This document shows, in pieces, positions 1 through 10,508 of a stretch of DNA of 64,000 bases. This DNA comes from Methanobacteriota archaeon. Its GTDB lineage: Archaea; Halobacteriota; Bog-38; Methanoflorentales; Methanoflorentaceae. The notes below the pieces were generated by a model, which was not told where the DNA came from, made no database searches, and saw only the letters and a list, made by a program, of their open reading frames with translations. Where the stretch lies: contig CAVRAO010000002.1 of NCBI GenBank assembly GCA_963719035.1, positions 96,001 through 160,000 of the forward strand, written 5' to 3'. Numbering within the stretch: the first letter of the stretch is position 1; each line of letters opens with the position of its first letter. The position numbers and the translations under genes are program-made.

Positions 1-10
1 ACGAAACAAA

Positions 11-111
11 CGCCGAGGAAGGGATTTGAACCCCTGCGAGGCAAAAGCCTCACCAGCTGTCTGATTGCGAGACCTCCAGGCTGGCGCCGTAGTCCACTTG
101 GCTACCTCGGC
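11..111 (-). tRNA. tRNA-Ser(GGA) with short intron at the canonical position
   Basis: Reverse complement GCCGAGGTAGCCAAGTGG...CCAGC-CT-GGA-G[intron]..GCTGG, long variable arm, GGTTCAAATCC T-loop. Confidence 0.93.
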
Positions 112-119
112 ACATTAGA

Positions 120-192
120 TGCGCTAGCCGGGATTCGAACCCGGGTTTGAGGCTTGGCAAGCCTCAGTGATAACCAACTACACTACCAGCGC
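120..192 (-). tRNA. tRNA-Gly(GCC)
   Basis: Cloverleaf; anticodon arm GAGGC-TT-GCC-AA-GCCTC; GGTTCGAATCC. Confidence 0.96.
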
Positions 193-452
193 AAAAATCG
201 AGCATGCGATAATGCAAGCGTATCTATATAAAAGTTCACACGCAACGGCAGAGATTTTGCGGCAGTTTGGCGAAGGAGAGCTCGCTGTCGCCTGCTTATC
301 TAACTAGATGAGGTCACTTGTAACCTTCAAGCTTAACTTCAACTTGTATGCAAAGCCGGAGTGAAAGGACTTCGTTGATCGGTTAGCGCCGCTGTTGCCA
401 GAACAACAGAAGAAGTGAGAGTCACTTTTCTATGTCGACTACTTGTTGAAAA

Positions 453-526
453 TGCCCCAGCCCGGATTTGAACCGGGGACAACCAGATCTTCAGTCTGGC
501 GCTCTCCCAGGCTGAGCTACTGGAGC
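453..526 (-). tRNA. tRNA-Phe(GAA)
   Basis: Anticodon arm CCAGA-CT-GAA-GA-TCTGG; GGTTCAAATCC. Confidence 0.96.
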
Positions 527-541
527 GTCTTGTCGTATGAG

Positions 542-615
542 TCCCGCCTCCCCGATTTGAACGGGGGACAAATCGGTCTACAGCCGACCACTCTGCCAGA
601 CTGAGTTAAGGCGGG
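542..615 (-). tRNA. tRNA-Tyr(GTA)
   Basis: C1-G72 acceptor typical of archaeal Tyr; anticodon loop CT-GTA-GA. Confidence 0.95.
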
Positions 616-809
616 TAACGACAGTATTACTGCCGTTATTACTTATTCTTTACTGTGTTCAGCTGACGACCTTAAAATTGCTATATCTTTCTATTTTCAG
701 GTAGTTTGATGAGCCATTTTTGTGATTAAAGAATATGCTGGAATTTTTATCGTTCGATCATATAAAAAAGTGATAACGGAAGTTTAATAAGGTAATAGGG
801 TGAATCGAA

Positions 810-893
810 GTCAGACAAGTAACTGACGTGCGTCTGACAAATGGCAGCTTTTTGTGGTCTCTTAGGCAGACAGAAGTCAGCTTTCCGTCTGAC
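810..893. promoter_or_regulatory. 11-bp-phased array of GTCWGAC-like boxes upstream of cdrS-ftsZ2
   Basis: GTCAGAC 810, AACTGAC 821, GTCTGAC 832, GGCAGCT 843, GGCAGAC 865, GTCAGCT 876, GTCTGAC 887; all starts differ by multiples of 11. Confidence 0.7.
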
Positions 894-917
894 GCGCCAT
901 ACTTCCAGATAATTGCC

Positions 918-1094
918 ATGGAGCGAATTACCCTAAGATTGCCCAAACAACAGCTTGAACTAATAGATTTGCTAGTGACAGCGGGAGAATTTCCCTCAAA
1001 GAGCGAAGCTATACGAGCAGCGGTTCGGGACTTAGTTGATACCCATTACGAGAAGATTCTGAGTAGAAAAGAACGAAGTTCAGTCTTGATTTAG
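918..1094 (+). CDS. cdrS: Ribbon-helix-helix cell-division regulator, CdrS-like
   Basis: [37 protein letters not shown]; directly upstream of ftsZ2. Confidence 0.85.
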   Translation: MERITLRLPKQQLELIDLLVTAGEFPSKSEAIRAAVRDLVDTHYEKILSRKERSSVLI

Positions 1095-1111
1095 AAGAGG
1101 TGACGGTGTAT

Positions 1112-2260
1112 ATGCAAAGTATTGTAGAAGAGGCTTTGCGGCGATGCGAGATGGAAAAGCAACGACCCCAGATGCCCCAAGGTGACAAAGAAGAGGAATT
1201 TGGAGCGCCTCGAATACTCATTGTTGGCTGCGGAGGAGCTGGCAACAACACAATCAACCGACTCTATAATATCGGAGTCGAAGGAGCAGAAACAATTGCG
1301 CTCAACACTGACAAGCAACATCTCGACATGATCGAGTCGGACGTGAAGGTCTTAGTTGGCCTATCGATAACCAACGGTTTAGGCGCGGGAGGTGATCCAG
1401 AGGTCGGACGATGTGCGACCGAGTTAGGTCGCCGAACGTTAGAAACGCTCCTCAAAGACGCCGATCTCGTGTTTATAACGGCAGGGATGGGCGGTGGTAC
1501 AGGCACTGGCGCGGCCCCTATTGTCGCACAGATCGCAAACGCTCAAGGTGCTATTGTCGTAGCAATGGTTTCAACCCCATTCAACGTCGAAAGAGCGCGG
1601 TTGATCAAGGCCGAAGAAGGGCTTGAACTCTTGCGGAAAGATGCCGATACGGTGATTGTTCTTGATAATAATCGTCTTCTTGATTACGTGCCTAACTTGC
1701 CGATTGACCAGGCATTTTCAGTGATGGATCAGATTATCGCCGAGACCGTAAAGGGGATCTCTGAAACAATCACACAACCTTCTCTGATAAATCTTGACTA
1801 CGCGGACGTCCGAACAATAATGAACAGCGGTGGCGTTGCTGCTATGCTTGTCGGTGAGTCGGGAAGCAAAGATAAGGCACGAGACGTAGTCCGTGAAGCA
1901 TTTAACCACCCGTTACTTGAAGTCGACTTCCGCGGTGCAAAAGGAGCGTTGATCCATATCACGGGCGGGCCTGATTTAACGCTAAAGGAGGCCGAGGAGA
2001 TCTCTAAGGCCCTCACCTCGCAGTTAGATCCTAACGCAAACGTAATTTGGGGCGCGCGTATTCTGGAGGGTTATGAGGGGCGTGTGCGAGTAATGTCTAT
2101 TGTGACTGGGGTACAATCTGCTCAAGTCTTAGGGCCGACCAATGGTGAGCTTTTCAAGTTTCAAAGCGCGAAACACAGTGCAGGTAGCGTTAAGAAGGGA
2201 ACAAGCATCAGAGATTATAATCGTGAGCTTGAATACAGCGAAATTGACAATATCTTTTAG
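1112..2260 (+). CDS. ftsZ: Cell division protein FtsZ (FtsZ2 type)
   Basis: GCGGAGNN, GGGTGTG tubulin signature, INLDYADVR; SD GAGGTGA. Confidence 0.97.
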   Translation: MQSIVEEALRRCEMEKQRPQMPQGDKEEEFGAPRILIVGCGGAGNNTINRLYNIGVEGAETIALNTDKQHLDMIESDVKVLVGLSITNGLGAGGDPEVGRCATELGRRTLETLLKDADLVFITAGMGGGTGTGAAPIVAQIANAQGAIVVAMVSTPFNVERARLIKAEEGLELLRKDADTVIVLDNNRLLDYVPNLPIDQAFSVMDQIIAETVKGISETITQPSLINLDYADVRTIMNSGGVAAMLVGESGSKDKARDVVREAFNHPLLEVDFRGAKGALIHITGGPDLTLKEAEEISKALTSQLDPNANVIWGARILEGYEGRVRVMSIVTGVQSAQVLGPTNGELFKFQSAKHSAGSVKKGTSIRDYNRELEYSEIDNIF

Positions 2261-2301
2261 GCGAACGTAATTCGAGAGCGGTCAACTTTAAAAAATCTCT
2301 T

Positions 2302-3195
2302 TCAGTTGGCCGTGTCTAGATTCGTCGACCGTAACTTCTCAAGGACTTCGCAGCTTTGGCAGAACGTCCGCACTGCGGGTTCGTTGCATCTTGCACATTG
2401 ACCGAGCTTAAAAGGCACGCGTGTCGTCAACTGTAAAATCCTTTCAAGACCTCTTACGAGCGCGTATTTAGTTCCTGGGTGCTTAAGCTCGTGATCGTTT
2501 AACATATCGCGAACTTCGGCTCTAAAAACTCCAGCCGAAAACCTGCACTCATCGAGATTAATTGGAATACCCTTAAGAATAGCATAGAGCGCCACCTCTT
2601 TTTCAGGGACGTATTTGAGCGGTTTTACGCGCCGAACGAGTCCTTCTTTGGCTGGATGGTCAAGCCTGAGTAGCCGATCGATATCTCCTCTTAGGTAGTT
2701 CATTTGTACGGTTTGTGCTTCATCATCAAGATTGTGCCCCGTGGCTAGCGTGGAAGCGCCGACCGCCTTCGCTAGACGGTTGAGAAGTGATCGCCGGAGG
2801 ATGCCACAAACCGTACATGGGCGTTCGTTCACTCCATCGATTCTGACGCCAAAATACTGCTCGAACGATGTCACCTCCCATCCAACGCCGAGCTCTGCAA
2901 CAAGCGTTGCTGCTGATTCGAGTGCTCTCTCGCGATATCCAGTGATGCCCTCATCGATGCTAATTGCTATAATGTCAATGCCACGGCGTGAAAGAAGATC
3001 ATTCAATACGCTCAACGTGACGGCGCTATCCTTTCCGCCGCTCAGTGCAATTGCAAGCGTTCCTTCAATCTTCTCCTTTCGCACCTCTCTCTTGATCTTC
3101 TTTTCTACATCGGCGAAAAAGTGTGACTTACATAAGTGAAGTCCAGAATATCTCTGAAAAAGAATAGCGCTCGCGCTACATTTATCGCACTTCAT
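2302..3195 (-). CDS. tRNA 2-thiolation protein, NcsA/TtuA/Ctu1 (TIGR00269) family
   Basis: N-terminal CxxC, SGGKDS PP-loop, CTVCG, GHNLDD, C-terminal zinc finger. Confidence 0.9.
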   Translation of the reverse strand: MKCDKCSASAILFQRYSGLHLCKSHFFADVEKKIKREVRKEKIEGTLAIALSGGKDSAVTLSVLNDLLSRRGIDIIAISIDEGITGYRERALESAATLVAELGVGWEVTSFEQYFGVRIDGVNERPCTVCGILRRSLLNRLAKAVGASTLATGHNLDDEAQTVQMNYLRGDIDRLLRLDHPAKEGLVRRVKPLKYVPEKEVALYAILKGIPINLDECRFSAGVFRAEVRDMLNDHELKHPGTKYALVRGLERILQLTTRVPFKLGQCARCNEPAVRTFCQSCEVLEKLRSTNLDTAN

Positions 3196-3273
3196 TTCCA
3201 ACTTAATCTCTGGACAAATACTAATAAAGTGTTCTGTCACGCGTGACGCAAAACTCAAAGTGGGAGGGCTGCT

Positions 3274-4173
3274 ATGGTACTGCAGGATATTGCGCGCGAA
3301 TTTAGGAATCTGGAACGGTATGATTTTAGGGTATTGCACGGGGTCGAGAGCGCTATGCGTTTTTTTGACTGGGTTCCGGTTGACAATCTGCCCTACTATG
3401 CCCGACTGCCTCCCGAAGAGGTGGGGTACCGAATAGGACGACTTTCAAAATATAAGCTCGTTCAGCGGAAAACGGCCCACTATGTCGGCTATAAACTGAC
3501 CTTTGCAGGGTACGATGCCCTTGGCATTTATACACTCGTTCAGCGCAATGTAATAGAATCCTTCGGATCGAAAGTGGGTGTTGGAAAGGAGTCTGATATT
3601 TATGACGCAGAGCGAGAAAATGGTCAGATCGTTATTGTGAAATTCCACAGAGAGGGCACGACGTTTCGACGTGTAAAACGATCGCGGGGGTATTTTGGTA
3701 AGACTGAACGATGCTCATGGATGCTCACTTCAAGCCTCGCAGCTCAAAGTGAATTTGAGGCTTTAACTAGCCTCTACGATAGTGTCGTTGTTCCGAAGCC
3801 CATTGCCCACAATCGACATGTTGTCGTTATGAGCCTCCTTAACGGACGTGAATTGGGCAACACTACCCTTGAGAATCCAGCCACCGTGCTTCAAAATATT
3901 ATAGTGCAGATCAAATCTGCTTTTGGCTGCGGTGTCGTCCACGCCGATTTAAGTGAGTACAACGTGATTGTGTGTACCACCGAAAAAGTTGCGCTAATTG
4001 ATTGGCCGCAATGGGTACCGGCGTCGCATCCAAATGCAGATGAGCTGCTGTGTAGAGATATAGGCAATATATTGTCTTATTTTGCCAGAAAATATCAAAT
4101 AAAGAAACGAACAGATGATGTTGTTGCATACGTAAAACAGCGCGATGAGGGCGCTGCCAACCACCTCGAATGA
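3274..4173 (+). CDS. rio2: RIO2-type Ser/Thr kinase
   Basis: N-terminal wHTH, GVGKESDIY, HADLSEYN, IDWPQ. Confidence 0.92.
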   Translation: MVLQDIAREFRNLERYDFRVLHGVESAMRFFDWVPVDNLPYYARLPPEEVGYRIGRLSKYKLVQRKTAHYVGYKLTFAGYDALGIYTLVQRNVIESFGSKVGVGKESDIYDAERENGQIVIVKFHREGTTFRRVKRSRGYFGKTERCSWMLTSSLAAQSEFEALTSLYDSVVVPKPIAHNRHVVVMSLLNGRELGNTTLENPATVLQNIIVQIKSAFGCGVVHADLSEYNVIVCTTEKVALIDWPQWVPASHPNADELLCRDIGNILSYFARKYQIKKRTDDVVAYVKQRDEGAANHLE

Positions 4174-5521
4174 TAGGTAAGGTTTTATTTGGACGCGTTG
4201 GAGGTGCGGCACAATTTCAAAAACTCGGCAGAACAGTGGACCTCAGGCCGCGGCGAAAAGGACGTACACGATCGTTGGTATAGACCCAGGGACAACCACT
4301 GCGTTTGCTGTTTTGGATTTGAAAGGCCAGGTCATTAGTATTGCGAGCTCACGATCCTGGGGCTTTCCTGAACTCGTTGGGTTGCTCATCGAGTTAGGGC
4401 ATCCAATCATCATCGCTACGGACAAAAATCCCACACCTGGAACTGTTGATCGAATAAAACGTGCATTCAACGCCATTTTGCATACGCCCGTTTCATCGCT
4501 TTCAGTCGAACAGAAGCTGCGAGATACGAAGCCTTATTCATATGCGAACGAACACGAAAGAGATGCACTCGCTGCGGCAATCGACGCGGTTAGAAGCGTA
4601 AAAAATAAGCTCGAAAGCGTTGAGAAAAAAGCGCCACCCGAGGTCGTGCTCGATGAGCTCCAGATGCTCGTTTTGCGGGGACATACGGTCGATTCTGCCA
4701 TCAATCTGCTTAAAAAGCCCCTAGCTAAGGTAGATAGTAAAGTAGATGGCAAGCAAGAGGGGATCCCTGCCTCTGAGAAAGATCTGCTTGGTCCTGATAT
4801 CCATTATCTCAAAGCGCTGATAAAACGGCAAGACGAGCAAATCAATCGGCTTCTGAGCTATGTCGTTGATTTGAAGCGATCCTTACTGTTAAGCCAAGAG
4901 AAAGTACTCAAACTGCAGAACAAGATTGATATCGTCCGGTCCGAAAATGCGAAGAACGTCAAGTTAAATAAGGAAATCAGTTTCCGGCAGAAGGAAATTG
5001 ACCGTCTTGCAGCGGAACTTGCGCATAGCAAGAGGGTCAATAAGGGCCTACAAAAACGCGCGCAGAAGCTCAAGCAGATCAGAGCAGCTGAGCTCAACAA
5101 GGCGCTTAAGGCCATTAAAATTGTCAAGTTTTTTAATCGAGAAGCGATTCAGGCGGCTGATGAACAGGTAGGGCTTGCAGAAAGCATCATCTTGTTGGAA
5201 GATGCAAGCGGCGGGGGCATAGCGGCTGCAGAGCTGTTGGTCAGCAAAGGAATACGTGCTATCGTTTCGAAAAACGAGATGTCTGATGCAGCCCGGAAAA
5301 TCTTGTTTAGCGCAAACGTTCCGATTTTCTCAACGCGAGAGGTCCCGATACACCGATCTGGCAACCTAATAACGATCGACAAGAATACTCTCGAGTTTAT
5401 GATCGAAAAAGGTCATACGGAAATAGCCAACGCAAAACAACTGGAACGACTTGACCGGCTCGAAACGCTCGTTGAAGTGTACAAGCACGATCGAATGAAA
5501 AACAGTCAGGACAACGACTGA
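4170..5521 (+). CDS. DUF460 family protein (RNase H-like domain plus coiled coil); 5' end probably frameshifted
   Basis: IVGIDPGTTTA motif lies in frame upstream of the called TTG at 4313; HERDALAAA; long coiled coil. Confidence 0.8.
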
Positions 5522-5557
5522 CACCGTTTTGATATCGTTGTGTGCTGCATACGGTGA

Positions 5558-6115
5558 CTATTGACTGAGTTTCGCGCGCGAACTGACCCGGATGTTTTCA
5601 TAGATGCTCTCGCCGTGAGAGTCTATTGCTACCAACAGTGGGCCGAAGTTTCGCACCTGAAGCTTCCAAACCGCTTCCGTAAAGCCGAGCTCGGCGTAAT
5701 AAACGTCTAAGACCTTTTCGATTCTTTCTTTGGCCAGTATCCCGCAGCCTCCTGGGAAAGCAAGATAGAAGCATCGATCAACGAGGGAGCGGACGACTTC
5801 TGACGACATGCCTCCTTTGCCGATTATTGCAGTTACGCCCTTCTTCACAATTGTGGGCGTCTGTTTGTTCATTCGTGCACTCGTCGTCGGCCCAGCGGCT
5901 ATGATGCGATAAGCGTGCCCCTCTTTTACGATAAGAGGGCCACTATGGTAGATGCATGCATTACGCAAACTGAAGGGCCGCTGGGGATCAGAAAGCATCT
6001 TAGCGTGTGCCTTGTCCCTCGCCGTGAAGATTACGCCGCTGATATAGACTACGTCTCCCACATTAAAAGGGCGTACATCGTCGAGACGTATCGGGGTTTT
6101 TAGTACAGACGACAT
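5558..6115 (-). CDS. Fe-S fumarate/tartrate hydro-lyase beta subunit
   Basis: TARDKAH, GPTTSARM, IGKGG, GPLLVAIDSHG. Confidence 0.92.
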   Translation of the reverse strand: MSSVLKTPIRLDDVRPFNVGDVVYISGVIFTARDKAHAKMLSDPQRPFSLRNACIYHSGPLIVKEGHAYRIIAAGPTTSARMNKQTPTIVKKGVTAIIGKGGMSSEVVRSLVDRCFYLAFPGGCGILAKERIEKVLDVYYAELGFTEAVWKLQVRNFGPLLVAIDSHGESIYENIRVSSRAKLSQ

Positions 6116-6145
6116 AGCATGACGATTCCCCACAAACTGCTTGTA

Positions 6146-6964
6146 TTACAACTTCATCCGGAAACCAGCTTTTCGGTCTGCCCAGCACTGGATAGCCACT
6201 GCGACAGGGAGCATCGCTGTATGACAGGGGGCCTTTTCGACAAAAACGCGCAACGCCGTGGTGCGGCCTCCGAGGCCCATTGGTCCGATGCCGAGATTGT
6301 TGATTTGCTCCAACATTTGTGCTTCAAATGCGTTTTCTTTTTCGTCTAGGGATCGAAAAAGGGTCTTCCTAGCCAACCGCGCAGAACCGTCAAATGTGCT
6401 GCCGATGCCAAGTCCAACGATAATTGGCGGACATGGCTTACCTCCGCTTTCACACACCGTGTTGAGGACGAACGAATTAACATCTTGCGTCGGTTCGAGC
6501 ATTGCTAAGGCGCTTACGTTTTCTGAACCAGCTCCTTTGACGAGCACTGTCACTGACAGTTCGTCCCCATCGCAGATATTATATAAGGTGTCGAAGAGCG
6601 GTTCGTCAGAGCTGACTCTTGTTATCGGATCAACTGCGTGTTCCCTTAAGGGAATTAAATTGGTCGCTCGCTGAATGGCTATCGCGAGCGCCTCTTTGAG
6701 GTTGAAATCGATGCTTGTCTCTCGTCCTATCTCCAAAGAGAAGATTGGAATGCCCGTATCCTGACACATAGGAAGGCCTGCTGCAGCTGCAAGCTTGATA
6801 TTTTCAAGAATTGCGCACAGCAGTTCTTTTGCCCGCTCACTCGTCTCAGCCGTGGCCGCTCTGGCGAGGGCTTCCCTCACATCGCTAGGCAGCTGTGTCT
6901 CGGCTTCTCGAAGTGCGTCTATTGCATGACTTATGAACGTCTCTCTTGCTGACGTACGCTTCAT
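6146..6964 (-). CDS. Fe-S fumarate/tartrate hydro-lyase alpha subunit
   Basis: PMCQDTG, KGAGSEN, CPP, GIGPMGLGG, QCWADR. Confidence 0.92.
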   Translation of the reverse strand: MKRTSARETFISHAIDALREAETQLPSDVREALARAATAETSERAKELLCAILENIKLAAAAGLPMCQDTGIPIFSLEIGRETSIDFNLKEALAIAIQRATNLIPLREHAVDPITRVSSDEPLFDTLYNICDGDELSVTVLVKGAGSENVSALAMLEPTQDVNSFVLNTVCESGGKPCPPIIVGLGIGSTFDGSARLARKTLFRSLDEKENAFEAQMLEQINNLGIGPMGLGGRTTALRVFVEKAPCHTAMLPVAVAIQCWADRKAGFRMKL

Positions 6965-7497
6965 TCGAGATAGTCCATTTGGGAACGTTTGAGTTCTTGT
7001 CTTCTTCTTTCAAGGAAGCTGTAAACAGAAGCGTGTGGGGCTCCCTCTGTAAGCATCTCTATCGCCTTCCTCACGGTCTGAATCTGATCGACGTACCCAA
7101 TGGTGCTCACTGTTTTGCCGTAGATTGACACATTCGCGCCAGTCAGATTTTCGAGCGCCTCTCGAGTCCTACCATCCTTTCCGATCACACGCCCCATAAT
7201 ACGTTTGAGTTCTTTAGGCGTATCGGCAACCTTAGAGACGTCTATAATGTCGAGGGTTATTTGTTCATCCTCGAAAATCCTGAACGCCTTTTCAGGGCTA
7301 AAACCGCGAGCAATGGCTTGAATGACATCTGTTGCGCTCAAGATACTGAGCGAATCGCTTTCGATCGAAACAGTCCCTTCGACGCTATCGATATCAAGCA
7401 CCACTTCACCCTTTTCTTCAATCTCAGCTTTCGTGCTCCCGTGCGTGCCAATGATGACTCCTATACGGTCCTTGGGAATCTTGAGATATTCTTTCAT
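6961..7497 (-). CDS. KH-domain RNA-processing protein (Dim2/Pno1)
   Basis: IPKDRIGVIIG, ARGFSPEKA, GRVIGKDG; follows rio1. Confidence 0.92.
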   Translation of the reverse strand: MKEYLKIPKDRIGVIIGTHGSTKAEIEEKGEVVLDIDSVEGTVSIESDSLSILSATDVIQAIARGFSPEKAFRIFEDEQITLDIIDVSKVADTPKELKRIMGRVIGKDGRTREALENLTGANVSIYGKTVSTIGYVDQIQTVRKAIEMLTEGAPHASVYSFLERRRQELKRSQMDYLE

Positions 7498-8282
7498 CCT
7501 GTGATCTCTCTTAAAAGCCCGTTCTCTGAAGCCGTTAATCCATGTTCGTTAAAGAACTTGATCACGTTGCTGACGTCCCGGCGTAAAAACTCCTGCGCAC
7601 GAGGGTGCTCTAAAAGCACGGACTGTCCCATATCGATAAATACAGGGTTGCATTGTTCATCGACTAGAATATTGTATTCGCTTAGGTCAGCATGTACTAA
7701 GCGAGCGTCGCTGTAGAGTCTCTTCATAAATTCGATCGTCGTTTGGAAAAATTGTTCGATGTTCGCTACGTTGTTTATCGCCTGCTTCAGAAGCGGAAAG
7801 GCAATCCCATCTTTTCCCATAAATTCCATGACGAGGACATTATCTCTATACTTCACCGGTTCAGGGACGCAAACGCGCGCGTTTAACGCACGCGTCAAGT
7901 TACGAAACTCTTTTTTTGTCCACGCAAAAACTACGTCCTTTTTGGTTTTTTTGACGTGCGCGAATCTATGATCTCCTAAAATATAATCTTGCATAGCCTT
8001 AAAGTCGCTCGTTTTGATTCGATATACTTTAATCGCAAGCTCTCGTTTATCGGGTCCCAAGGCGTGGAAAACGTTTGCCTCTTTGCCAGTCGATATAACC
8101 CCTCCGAGCGCTTGGATCAGCCCGCTGCTTGCGAGGCGATAAAGAACTTTGAGGGTAAGCTCGTCAAATACCTCCTCCCGGACCTTGAAATCGTCTGCCT
8201 CCTTGTTTCGGACGCGGAGTTTGTCAATGTCTCGGTCGATACGCTCTATTTTTTTGTCAATCAGGTCAAACACGTCAGTCAT
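7494..8282 (-). CDS. rio1: RIO1 Ser/Thr kinase
   Basis: ISTGKEANVF, HADLSEYN, IDMGQSV. Confidence 0.93.
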   Translation of the reverse strand: MTDVFDLIDKKIERIDRDIDKLRVRNKEADDFKVREEVFDELTLKVLYRLASSGLIQALGGVISTGKEANVFHALGPDKRELAIKVYRIKTSDFKAMQDYILGDHRFAHVKKTKKDVVFAWTKKEFRNLTRALNARVCVPEPVKYRDNVLVMEFMGKDGIAFPLLKQAINNVANIEQFFQTTIEFMKRLYSDARLVHADLSEYNILVDEQCNPVFIDMGQSVLLEHPRAQEFLRRDVSNVIKFFNEHGLTASENGLLREITG

Positions 8283-8326
8283 TCACCATTTTATAGACTA
8301 GGGCAGCTCGGCACTTCTTGTGGTTA

Positions 8327-8618
8327 CTACAAGTACCCATTCTTCTTTAGCCATTCAACTTGCGTACCTTGGTACCTCCATAAGATGTCCGCTTTGTTGT
8401 CTTGAAAAGCCCAAGGTACTATAACAAGGACATCTCCTATCCGCAGCCAAACTCGCTTTTTCATTTTGCCCCGAATCCTTCCCATGAGTTTTGCCATCCA
8501 CGGACCGGACTTTCACTCTATTAGCGCCAAGCACGTGTTCAACTATCCCGAAGACCTCAACTAGTTCCTCTCGGGGTAGCCTCACCTTTGCTTGAGGTTC
8601 TTCTCCCAGAAAAAACAC
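8327..8618 (-). CDS. eif1a: Translation initiation factor aIF-1A (apparent frameshift)
   Basis: KVRLPREE..VFGIVEHVLGANRVKVRSVDGKT, then another frame gives the GKMKKRVWLRIGDV..WLKKNGYL end. Confidence 0.85.
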
Positions 8619-8666
8619 CTCATTTGTACAATCGCAGTAGTACTCTTCTTGTCTCCGGAAACGGGC

Positions 8667-9639
8667 TTAGCCGTTACACAACACGTCGCGAATAGGGCCA
8701 ACGATTCGCTCAGCTATACAGTGCTGCGCCATTTTTAAGATCCAATGGATGAAGTTTGCCAGCAGCATAGTCCATTTCGAGTTTGGAGAACTCTTCGTAC
8801 TCGATCTGACCGCCAAATCGTTTCGGTCGCTCAAGGCTCACTTGTTTGAATTGAGGGAAGATAAAATATCGGTACAATTGGAGTATAGGGTTGCCTTCGG
8901 TGGTTCGTGCCGGGCAATACGCGGAGTCAATCTTCTTTTTTATAGATTCAGATGAGTCTTCGACAGCAATCAGGTTGTCTTTAGACGAGGACATTTTGTT
9001 TGCGTCGAGGCCGAGTAGAATTGGCATGTGTATGCAAACGGGAGATTGAAATCCCATCGAATGCAGCCCTTCGCGTGCTAACATGTGTATCTTTCGCTGG
9101 TCTATGCCACCGACTGCGATGTCTATCTTCAAGTACCCGATATCCGCCGTTTGCATAAGCGGATAGATCATTTGTGACACAACTGGGTCATCTGCGTTTC
9201 TTGACACCTCATCCATGCTGCGCCGAGCTCGGTTTAGAGTAGTGTGCCTCGCTAGTCTTAGAATTAGTTTAGTGTAGTCAGGTTCGAGCTGATAGTCACT
9301 CCCCAGCACGAACCTTGTCTCTTTAGCAAGACCTAAAGCGGTAAAGCACTTCTCGTAGTGGTGCGCCCATTTACCGATTTGGTCCATTGTCCCCTTTTCG
9401 TTCAGATATGCGTGAAGGTCTGCTAGCAGTACTATGACGTCGACGCCACTCGATTGTAGATCTATAAGCTTGTAAGCCGTAAGGAGGTGCCCAAGATGGA
9501 GTTGTCCACTAGGTTCGTAACCCGCATAAGCGGTAATTTGCGTCTCACTGTCAAGCAGGGCAGCTAGCTCATTTTCGGTTACGGCCTCTTCCACATTGTT
9601 CATGACTTGTTCGAACTTCACGCAGATCACGCTTCTCAA
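8667..9639 (-). CDS. tyrS: Tyrosine--tRNA ligase (frameshift near the C-terminus)
   Basis: AYAGYEPSG, HLGH, GGIDQRKIHM, KMSSS; tail ERIVGPIRDVL in another frame. Confidence 0.93.
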
Positions 9640-9910
9640 TTTAAGGGCTCAAAAACGCCTGCTAAATGTGACGGCCACTAGCCGCGCAGTACGCCTCATG
9701 ACTCGTCTAATATTTATCTAGCTCGGTGCCGTTTGATTTGTATGAGCCAGAAATCCAATCGCAGCGCAATAACGGGCGATAAATCAATGCTCCTTGAAGT
9801 TTCTTATTATTTCGACTAATAGTGAAATTGTTGTAAGACAGCAAGGACCGCAACACCGCTACCGTTCAATCGCCTCGGTGAAAGGGGCAATTTGCAGTTA
9901 AAAATCGTAG

Positions 9911-9988
9911 TGGTGGGCCTGACCGGATTTGAACCGGTGACCGCCCGGTTATGAGCCGGGCGCTCTGACCTGGCTAAGCTACAGGCCC
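9911..9988 (-). tRNA. tRNA with CAT anticodon, probably tRNA-Ile2; encoded CCA
   Basis: GGGCCTG acceptor (Ile-like), anticodon loop CT-CAT-AA. Confidence 0.88.
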
Positions 9989-9994
9989 CTCAGA

Positions 9995-10067
9995 CGCCGC
10001 CAACAGGGCTCGAACCTGTGACATCGTGGTTAACAGCCACGCACTCTACCAACTGAGTTATGGCGGC
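9995..10067 (-). tRNA. tRNA-Asn(GTT)
   Basis: GCCGCCA acceptor; anticodon loop CT-GTT-AA. Confidence 0.95.
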
Positions 10068-10159
10068 TTCACATCACTCTAGTGTGTTTAGTTTACTTAA
10101 ACTTTGAGGTCATAGCACCGTTTACGCGACGAGTAACGCTCGTTGCGGGCCTCTTTACC

Positions 10160-10463
10160 TCAGTCTTTTTGAATCTTGATGTTGGTTTTGACTTCGCTAA
10201 GTTTTTTCAGAAACTGATCTAAAATTTGCTCGTAGCTCTGAACAAACTCGGAAATCCTTGAGCTGGTAATTGCGCCGTAAGGTGATGGCTTGATCAGGCC
10301 TTCCTGTTCCAGTATTCGGAGTGAGTAGCGTAACTTTGTACTTGGAATGCCCGGTCATTTCTGACAACTTCGAAATCCCTATGGGTTCGCCAACAACGAC
10401 TGCGTTTAAAACTTCGAGGTGCCTTTCAAGCATTTCTATCTCGTTTTCCAGTCGATCTAACAT
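10160..10463 (-). CDS. Conserved archaeal winged-helix protein (frameshifted)
   Basis: MLDRLENEIEMLERHL..PIGISKLS..KV, continuing as YSLRILEQEGLIKPSPYGA in another frame. Confidence 0.75.
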
Positions 10464-10508
10464 TACTACCACACGTTTAAATAAATTGATTCTAATCATT
10501 CATATATT

